Below are positions 22,755 through 30,898 of a DNA stretch of 64,000 nucleotides, piece after piece. How positions within the stretch are numbered: the first letter of the stretch is position 1; the number at the start of each line of letters is the position of its first letter. The stretch is from Azolla caroliniana (Eukaryota; Plantae; Polypodiophyta). A program made the position numbers and the translations under genes. The DNA lies in assembly GCA_043228905.1 (NCBI GenBank), contig JBHGNT010000006.1:19158001-19222000 (forward strand), in the 5' to 3' direction. The notes below the pieces were generated by a model that worked only from the letters and a program-made list of their open reading frames with translations, searched no databases and was not told the origin of the DNA.

Positions 22755-24617
22755 TTAAGTGGGAGTATTTATGGATTTATATTTAGTTTTGACGAGAAGG
22801 GAATGAATGGACTTAGACTTAGTCCAACATATGAAGGGTCGCAGTAGTTCGGATAGTTGGGGATGTGTGGCTAAATATGTGTGGAGGTTTTCTAGCATGT
22901 CGTGAATTCCTAATCTAGGGGTATCTTTCGTATACCTAAGTTTGAAGATGACAGGTATAAGGGTACTTTTAGGTTTTCTGCTAAATACTAGTGATTTCCT
23001 AACGCTAAATGGCACCTTTTTATAATTCTCTAATATAAAAGAAAGGGGATATCCTCTCTTAACTAATCTACTAAAAAATAGTTTTTTCATTCGAAGGAAA
23101 CCTAAGGGGGTACTTTCTCTAATTAGGTATCGTTTTAGTTCATTAATAATAAAATGACGTTTTAAGTGAAGGGGGTGAACTGACGAGAATGAGAGATATT
23201 GGTAGGCATTTTGGGGCTTTTGGTAGCAATTAAAGGAGAAATGTGAATTCTTTAGGTTAATCCATAAATCTAAGAACGGTAATCTAAAGGGAGAAGTGAT
23301 GATGGTAATTTTGATGCAATTATTAGTGGAGGTGTTATAAAACTGGAGGTAATTTTCTAATTCGGGTTTAGTACCTATCCATATCCCGAATGCATCATCT
23401 ATATATCTAGTGAAATAAAAAAGATTAGGGTGTGATGGTTGGGAGTTCTCTAAGTGAGCTAAGAATAGGCATGCATAAACTACAGAAAAATTACTACCCA
23501 TGGTTGTACCCTTGACTTTTTGATAGATCATGTCATCAAAGGATAGAAAGTGATATTCTAACGTGAGTGCGCTAAGTGTATAGATAAGGTTAGTTTTAGA
23601 AGATGAAAAATGTGGGGTAATCATTTTTCGTAAAGCTTGGAGTCCTAACCTAGGGGGTATGTTGGGATATAAAGATTCAACATCAAAGGTGAAGATAAAG
23701 CTATTAGGGGGTGGGTTGAGATGTTCTAAAGTCTGGACAAGGGAATGTGAGTCTTTCAAATATTGTTTTTGAAGGAGAAGGATAGGCATGAGTTGGTGGT
23801 GAAGCCATTTTGATGTTTGTTCAAAAAGGGAGTTATTGTATGAGCAAATAGGTCTAAAACCTATTGGGTTTTTATGGAGTTTTGGGAGGAAATAGATATT
23901 GCATACTTTGTACCCTTTTGAGGGTTTATGTAGTATGTAATTGGCTTCTATGTTGGATAGGGTACCAAGATGGTTATTAACAATGCTTTTCAATCTATAG
24001 GATAATTCCTCAAGTGGATAGTGGGAGACTTTTTTATATGTATTAGTATCAGAAAGGTGTTCTATAGCTTTGTTATAGTACGTGTCCTTATCAAGAACAC
24101 ACACTCCAACATTCTTGTCAGCAGGTAGGATTATGATTTTGTTGTTTTTCTTAAGAGATTGTAAGGCTAGTGATAAGTGAGGTGCAATCCTAGTGGGTTT
24201 TAATTTGAGTGTATGAAGTGTGTCCCTAAAGATAGTTTGGTGTTTAGATATAATGTTTTCTAGGGGAGTGTACTTAGTAGTAGGTTGCCAACTAGGGTTA
24301 GGTAGCTTAAAGGGATTTTGGGGCAAATTATCCACATCTTTAAAAAAATGTTTAAGTCGAAGGGTCCTACTTAGGCTATCAAATTCTTTAAGTAGGGTAG
24401 GGGATGATGGTGGAGAAGATGGGAGGATGTGTTTCAAACCTAGGCTAAGGAGTTGTGTCTCATGTTTAGAGAGGGAATAATTAGAGTGGTTGTGGATCCT
24501 ACTAATTCTAGGTTTATTAAGGAAAGGTGTCCAAAATTTATTACGAGGTTTCCTACTATGGGTCTTTTTCACATATGGGGAGAAGGGAAAATTAGATGTA
24601 TGACGTCCTAACCACAT
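22755..24617 (-). CDS. Penelope-like reverse transcriptase (no endonuclease domain visible)
   Basis: Motifs LLSLGLKH, LPADKNVG, YFLPKLHK, FRPICS, FDVESLYPNIP, GTTMGSNFS, RYIDDAFGIW, LPFLDL and YQKP...YL...S.HP are diagnostic of PLE RTs. The ORF ends after the thumb region with no GIY-YIG motif. Confidence 0.9.
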   Translation of the reverse strand: MWLGRHTSNFPFSPYVKKTHSRKPRNKFWTPFLNKPRISRIHNHSNYSLSKHETQLLSLGLKHILPSSPPSSPTLLKEFDSLSRTLRLKHFFKDVDNLPQNPFKLPNPSWQPTTKYTPLENIISKHQTIFRDTLHTLKLKPTRIAPHLSLALQSLKKNNKIIILPADKNVGVCVLDKDTYYNKAIEHLSDTNTYKKVSHYPLEELSYRLKSIVNNHLGTLSNIEANYILHKPSKGYKVCNIYFLPKLHKNPIGFRPICSYNNSLFEQTSKWLHHQLMPILLLQKQYLKDSHSLVQTLEHLNPPPNSFIFTFDVESLYPNIPPRLGLQALRKMITPHFSSSKTNLIYTLSALTLEYHFLSFDDMIYQKVKGTTMGSNFSVVYACLFLAHLENSQPSHPNLFYFTRYIDDAFGIWIGTKPELENYLQFYNTSTNNCIKITIITSPFRLPFLDLWINLKNSHFSFNCYQKPQNAYQYLSFSSVHPLHLKRHFIINELKRYLIRESTPLGFLRMKKLFFSRLVKRGYPLSFILENYKKVPFSVRKSLVFSRKPKSTLIPVIFKLRYTKDTPRLGIHDMLENLHTYLATHPQLSELLRPFICWTKSKSIHSLLVKTKYKSINTPT

Positions 24618-24721
24618 GAAAGTATCTAAAGTAGAAGTAGGTCTATCGAGAAGGTAAAAGAGACGTTTCGCGGGATGTATGGCTTGCCGAAACTATTTAC
24701 TATCCCGTTTGGCACGCCTAG

Positions 24722-25681
24722 CTACACGTTTTTTGTCCTAACATTATTACATGGGAAAGTTTGTCGTTTTGCGGGAAGGGGGCGATTATTGTGAGTACGG
24801 ATAGGTTGTTTTCTATGAGGGATTTCATATAAGTGTGGGGGAAATTTAGAGGGTGCGGTAGAATATTGAAATCTACTAGAAGTAGAAGGGGAGTTATGTG
24901 TAAAGAAGGGGGGGGTATGTGTAGGAAATGCATGAAAAGGGGGAGGGGTATAGTTTGGAAATAGGGAAACGTTGTGGGGGTTATTAGGGGGGAAATGCAT
25001 AGGGGCATGGTTAAAAAATGGGGGAGGGGTATGAGGGGGGTTTATAGAAAATAAAGGGGGGGCATGCATCAAATTTGTAGGAAGTAAGGAGGGGGGGGGA
25101 GGGGCATGATTAGGGTTAAACACATATGGGAAGTGAGAGGGTATGTTTGAAATTGTCTGCAAGGGTGGGCTGGGGAGGAGAGCAGGAGGAGGAGGGCCGA
25201 GAGGGAAAGATGGAAGGTCGTTCGTGCCATGGCTTGCATGATCTCCTGCACAACCGCCATGGGGATACACTTCTTGTCTTATGTTGGCACGTGTGCCGCT
25301 TCCATAAGATGTACGGCCTTCGCATTGGATGGACCTCCCATATCGGCCCGTAGGATAATTACCGCCACGGCTCATGTGGCCGCCGTTATGGTGTGACAAT
25401 CGTCCACCATCGCCGCACGTGTAGCCACTATCGAAGTAAGATCTTCGCTCTCTGTTGTATCCTTCCAATTCAAATTCCGGCGAGGTATGGTGGTGATGTA
25501 TAGGCTCGTGTGAGGCTGAAATATATTGGTTTGAATTTCATTCGATGTTGGACAGATGCCCTCGGTGGGTATGTCGCTTCCGCCGCGCATGAGGGAACCG
25601 TGTGCCCTATATGGTTAGTTGGGTTGTAGATAGGATTAAAGAAAGGGCGATTAGGGTTATAAAGTAAGACTCGTGGGCCAT
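24722..25681 (-). pseudogene. PLE ORF2: low-complexity protein (Gly/Arg/Tyr-rich, then Pro/Phe/His-rich, then basic), probably fused to RT by a -1 frameshift
   Basis: Open from 25468 to 24722. It extends in frame to an ATG in good context at 25681 if one TAG and one TGA are read as CAG and CGA. Confidence 0.5.
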
Positions 25682-25736
25682 AATGGTTTTGATGAGGATT
25701 TCTACTTACTTGATTATTTGTTATGTTGCAGATGTA

Positions 25737-26756
25737 TTACGGGAGGAGGTTCCGGTGGTTCAACGATCGAGGATTTCTTTTTGCTGGAAAATTAGGGTTA
25801 GGGTTAGCAATAGGGTTAGATTTTTGAAAGGGATTAGGTTTTAGGTTCTTTGTAGAGGATTTTAGTTTGGGGTTGGGGTTAGAGTTAGAGTTAGCATTAG
25901 CTTTAGGGTTAGGTTTTTGAATGGGATCATTTGTAGAGGATTTCTTTGGTTTTTCACTCCCAATGTAATTTGGAATTGTAAAGGGACTGTTATAAACATT
26001 ATAATCTTCATTATCACTCATCTCTATGTCGATTTCTCTAACATTGTTGTGCATGCTACTCTCTGCTTTGTCTCTACCGATAGTGGCCTTCTTTCTAATA
26101 GCCGCGGTAATAGAATATGTAACTTCTACTTCATCACAAGATCTAAGTATTTCTGTGGCAAACTCTTGCTGCCAATGTGCCATTCTATCTTGGAATGAAT
26201 CAGGACCTACTAGTGATGTTACTTCTTGTATGAATGGGGGTTCTTGCATTGTTTCCATTATTTTTACTATGTCGGTACGAACTTGATTAGGAAAATCATC
26301 TATGGCTTTGGTTAATGCGTGGACTAATAAGTCTAAATGCCTAATATAGCATGTTGTAAGATCCTTGCGATATTGTGTTGTGAGGGCTAGAAATTCTGTT
26401 CGCAAGCTCGAATTGATCTCCTCATGACCTATTGTTAATTTCGGTGGGTGAACCCTAAGATTATGAGGGGTGATGTCATGTGAGTTTAGATAAGAGATAT
26501 GCGTATACGTATTCTTAGCTTCTTGTGTGCGCCTATAAAGATGTTTAAATTCAGATGCCACTTTACGCTTATAGTCGTCAAAGTGGTGTGAGGACATATA
26601 TGAGTCGGAGGAATTTACCTTTTCATTACTAGGATTAGAGTTGAGGAAAGTTGGGGATAATGTAGGGGCGCGTTGTCGTTTATTAGAACGTTTGTTGGCG
26701 CTTCTAGGTTTTGTTGGTGTCGGTGTAGTTGATGCCATCGCTGCAAAAGTCATCAT
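25737..26756 (-). CDS. PLE ORF1, unknown function (basic N-terminus, predicted helical core, Asn-Pro-Lys-rich tail)
   Basis: About 340 open codons inside the PLE boundaries, on the same strand as RT. ATGs at 26756 and 26738. No recognisable domain. Confidence 0.6.
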   Translation of the reverse strand: MMTFAAMASTTPTPTKPRSANKRSNKRQRAPTLSPTFLNSNPSNEKVNSSDSYMSSHHFDDYKRKVASEFKHLYRRTQEAKNTYTHISYLNSHDITPHNLRVHPPKLTIGHEEINSSLRTEFLALTTQYRKDLTTCYIRHLDLLVHALTKAIDDFPNQVRTDIVKIMETMQEPPFIQEVTSLVGPDSFQDRMAHWQQEFATEILRSCDEVEVTYSITAAIRKKATIGRDKAESSMHNNVREIDIEMSDNEDYNVYNSPFTIPNYIGSEKPKKSSTNDPIQKPNPKANANSNSNPNPKLKSSTKNLKPNPFQKSNPIANPNPNFPAKRNPRSLNHRNLLP

Positions 26757-28283
26757 ATGTTGTGGAGTTTTTAGAATGTTCAAGTTCTAGAGGGTTCTAG
26801 AATATTCTCCAAAATATTCTCTAGAATATTCTAATGCATGTACTTCAACTCAAAATATAAATACTTGTAACCTCCTCGGTCCCTTTCAAGGGATTCAACA
26901 CCAGTCATTGACGCATGAATATAGTGTTCTCATTTCGCCTCATTTTGTCTCATTGATCTTCATTTCTATCTTCATACTCTTGTGTCTTTCCCAGCTTCTT
27001 GGTGCGTTCGTGACAGAGGGGGAGAGAGCAAAAGGAAGGTGAACAAACTATTAAAGACAAAAGTAAAAACGGAATTACAAGAGCTTACTAGTTGGCGCAA
27101 GGACGCGATTGTCAAACGCAAAAGAGTGAATATCATTAACTAGTGTTGTTCACCTTGAATTCATTCAAGGTGAACTCAAATCTTTATACTAAGCGGCGTG
27201 CATGCCTATTGCATGCATGTGATACAATAGAGCATGTATGTACACATGCATGTGCCAAGTGTATATAATACAAGGGAGCAAACATGCACATGATCGTATA
27301 CTGGATATGTTGGTTAACACATAACACTCGATTATAATGCAAGATGTCAAGAGTTAGAATCTTGACATAACCACTGTCATGTCCGTGACAATATCGCTCT
27401 TTCACTTTGAGTTCACCAAATAACGTCGCCAAGTTACATGCATTCGTGTGCTACTTGAGCGGGACCACCAGGGACTTGAACTAGAGAGGATGGATGATTC
27501 GAAGGCTCGTCAGTGTTGAATGATTGTCAAAGTGGAAAGATTGCCGAACTCGAAGGCTCTATAGAGTCGAAGGTAGTAGCAATTCGAACAGTGAGTTATG
27601 TTAATTAATCTAAAGAAACATGAGATTATGAATATATTTTACAATACTAAGTCTAGATTTTCCTTTATATAAGCTAAAACATTTCATTATGAAAAAAATT
27701 CCCTTTATAAAATAGGGTTTACAAGATGTTGGAGTTTTTTATTACAATAATGATAATTTTTCAGGAATTAAACATGAACTAAGAACCCTAAATCTTAATG
27801 AAGAAGATGAAAAATTAAACCCTAAAACAATAAGTATCATGTGGAGAATAAGAAGAAGATAAAGACAAAAAGAATAAGAGTGAAGCTTCTGGGAGAAAAT
27901 CCTCGAGTTTCGATGTAAACTCCCAACAATCAATGGCCGCGTTGCCTCTTGTTGATAACGGTTTTACACGCCCTCTTGATTTGCTACCTTCGCTTCCTAA
28001 TCCAACAAAGTTTTTACATCTCTTTCTCTCTCTCCCCCCTTTATTTGAATTCTCTTCACCCTTTTATAAGATTAAGGAGGCTTTCTTCTCAAATAAAAGT
28101 ATGTGCTTTTTTAATTTTATTGCACGTCATGCTTTTTCTTTCCTAAATTAACAATAAAGTCACAAAATGTCTTCACACCATCAATTTATCAATCAACCTT
28201 TTAAATAATCCTAGGTTAACTAAAATTCTCCAATTGAACATCCCACATCACAACAACGAGAAACTCAAATATCTAGTGATCGA

Positions 28284-28820
28284 ATATCCAAATGAGTTAT
28301 AATGGTCATTGGTGTAATCAAAATGTGAATGTATTGTTCGTCAAATTTTATTACTATGGTTGAGAACATATATGTCAACATAATTATTTATACACAACCC
28401 AATCGTAAAAATAAATGCTCTTGAAGATTTTCTCATCTTGAGCAGATTGACTACACAAGACACTCATGTATCTAATGACTAAATATCTAAATGAGTTATA
28501 GTGTTCATTAGTGTAATCATAATGTGAACGTGTTGTTTGTCAATTTTTATTATTATGGTCGAGAACATATATGTCGACATAATTATTTATACACGACCCA
28601 ATCATAAAAATAAATGCCCTCGACAATTTTCTCATCTTGAGCAATTTGACTACACAAGAAACTTATATATATATCGATTGAATATCCAAATGAGTTAAAG
28701 TGTTCATTGTTGTAATCCTAATGTGAACGTGTTGTTCGTAAAATCTTATTATTATGGTTGTGAATATATATGTCGATATAATTATTTATACGTGACCCAA
28801 TCGTAAAAAATAAATTCCCT
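28284..28820. repeat. ~199-bp tandem repeat, about 2.7 diverged copies
   Basis: ATATCCAAATGAGTTATA...GTGTAATC recurs near 28284, 28483 and 28682. Confidence 0.85.
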
Positions 28821-30491
28821 CAACGATGGGGTTGTGTCACGTGTGTTACAATAATACAAAGTTTGCGTCCATATTTTGTTTTTTTATTTATTTTTGTTGA
28901 AAATATAGATGCATATCCATAATCTATATATATATCATAAAAGATAAATAGATATAGATAAAAATAAGCACATTCGGGAGACAAAATAAAATGCAAAACA
29001 CCCCCATGGCTAAACATAGAGCCATGAAATTTTTTTGTTTGGTTTTATTGATTCATTTTTAGAAATGTTTCCGCTAGTGTGGACACGACGATGACGGATT
29101 TGTCACCGCTTGTTGCAGTGATGACATGGATGCCCTAGAATGCCGAGCACACCGACTCCCTCATTCATGAAAAGAAACGTTAACCGAAGAGAAAAAGAAG
29201 TCTTAACATAATTGAAAGAAGAAGAAGAAGAAAAGAAACGGAGAACACCGAAGTTCTCGAGTTGTTTTTCCTGGATCAAGAAAACACGCTCCGATAATTG
29301 CACTAGGATTAAGGAACACATAAAAAAACATGGCAACACAAGAAAATGTTAACCACAATCTTATACCAACCATGAGAATCTCAAATTAACGTTAAATTGA
29401 ATTAAGGAGAAACATAAGGAAGAGAGGGTGCTAGACTACCTAACCACCCCCTAACGAAGGTGAGACAGATCTAAATCACCTATCGGTGTCCCATACCACT
29501 GAGTATGAACATTGACCGTACCTTGGGTTTGAAGAAGGAGGTACACGTGTTTGAAGTTAGAGCTTTGCCACACTGTAAGAGTCCACACTGTAAGAGTCTT
29601 TAGTAAATAATAAAGATGACCACCCTGATGAAGGTAACTAGCCTTCTTGCACAAGTTCAAACACTAAGCCTTTGGTATATTTCTCACTTGCTTGCTTTCT
29701 TTTTTATAATTGGCCAAATGATGAAACACTCTAAAGTTATCTCACACAATAGGATTGAGATAACTCAATCCTCACCCTTCATTCCTTATCAATTAGCCCA
29801 CACCTAGGTCCGAGGTTAGAGAACTATGATTATAGTTACGCTTGTAACAATTCCATTAAGAGGTTTGGTTTATTCATGTTTCTCCTCATGATCAATAGTT
29901 TTGTAACTTGATCAATGTAGCAATGTGATGTTTTCTAATACATCATGCGGGGAACACTATTGTATATGCAACGTGGTTTACTACACAACTTCAATGTGTG
30001 TCCAATTTTGTTCATAAGGAAATAAATATTGTGTGCGTAGTATAATAAGCTCATTGTGCCAATAAACATGGATTCACCACAACGTTATGCGTGCATGTAT
30101 TAGTTGGCATTATAAAGAATCCAACCTTCATGTCACTATGCTTGAAATATATGCAAGCAAACATTTAGGATGGAAGCGAGTAGAGTTAGCTTTTAAACGT
30201 TTTGCTCGTAGGAAAGGTCATAGAGGCGAAGCTTAGCACGTTGTCTTTCGATTCAATGTCGTTGGGCCATGGCTATATGGAATAATAGACAACATCACAT
30301 GGAGTCATCTGAACGGGTCAAATGAAGTCGGTATAAAACCCTAGCGGGAACGTGGCAAAAGAGTAGGGTTTTTTTAGATGCCACATTTGAAGAGTAAGGA
30401 GGGAGGAATGCTTTCGTCGCCCCCACGCGTGTGAACTTTGTCGTCGATGCGAGACCTACGAAACCCTAGGAGCCGGGGCGCGTGTGCCATG

Positions 30492-30652
30492 AAAGCAAGA
30501 AAAAGCAAGAAAAATCAGAAAAGGCAAGAAAAAGCAAGAAAAAGCAAGAAAAAGCAGAAAAAGCAAGGAAAAGCAGAAAAGGCAGAAAAAGCAAGAAAAA
30601 GCAGAAAAAGCAAAAAAGCAAGGAAAAGCAAAAAAAGCAGGAAAAAGCAGAA
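30492..30652 (+). repeat. A-rich degenerate minisatellite (AAAAGCAAG/AAAAGCAG units)
   Basis: About 17 units of 9-10 bp immediately upstream of the SR gene. Confidence 0.85.
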
Positions 30653-30781
30653 GATGCGCGTTTCAAAAATCCATGTGTAATGTGGAGAGGCCCCTTTCAT
30701 CGCATTCTCTTCTTCTTCTTCTTCTTCTTCTTCTTCTTCCTCCGTCTTTTTCTTTTTTTTTGCCGCCTCTGCTTTTCCCTC

Positions 30782-30790
30782 AAACCCTAA
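30782..30790 (+). promoter_or_regulatory. Telo-box (AAACCCTAA) in the leader/promoter of the SR gene
   Basis: Exact motif after a CT-rich Y-patch, about 110 bp before the ATG. Telo-boxes are common in plant RNA-processing and translation genes. Confidence 0.5.
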
Positions 30791-30898
30791 TCGAAGACGC
30801 AGACACTCGCAGAGAACCGGGAAAGAGCCCTCCCTCCCTTCTACACAGAAGCTAACCCCAGATTTCTTGCATTTTTTGGTCGTTTTTTTTAAGGATCC

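Larger units (their letters stand above)
22268..26763 (-). mobile_element. Penelope-like retroelement lacking a GIY-YIG endonuclease, with extra upstream ORFs
   Basis: Boundaries are defined by the interruption of the host 3' LTR, compared with the intact 5' LTR at 20731-20760. It encodes a PLE-type RT and has a hammerhead motif in its 3' UTR. Confidence 0.88.
20597..27015 (+). mobile_element. Non-autonomous LTR retrotransposon (TRIM/LARD-like, about 1.9 kb without the nested PLE)
   Basis: 5' LTR 20597-21000. 3' LTR 22127-22267 plus 26764-27015. TGTCAC...GTGACA termini. TSD GAGGG at 20592-20596 and 27016-27020. PPT AAAGGGGAGGATAA at 22113-22126. The 1.1-kb internal region has no recognisable retroviral domain. 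Confidence 0.92.
20031..27390 (-). mobile_element. Remnant Ty3/gypsy element of Tcn1/sushi (chromovirus-like) type: 5' LTR ~27049-27390, leader, degenerate gag ~20031-20570; split by a non-autonomous LTR element
   Basis: Gag motif EPKVNLLDKFDGTRSRLRSFLNQICLII (PEG10/DUF4939-like). The LTR start TGTCAC...ATGTCAAGATTCTAACTCTTGA resembles the LTR at 20597. About 100 bp of internal duplication (20125-20210 and 20227-20313). Left end undefined. Confidence 0.68.

Noticed and set aside
30438-30790. Lys-rich and Phe-rich ORFs
   Set aside because: Translations of the A-rich minisatellite and CTT tract.
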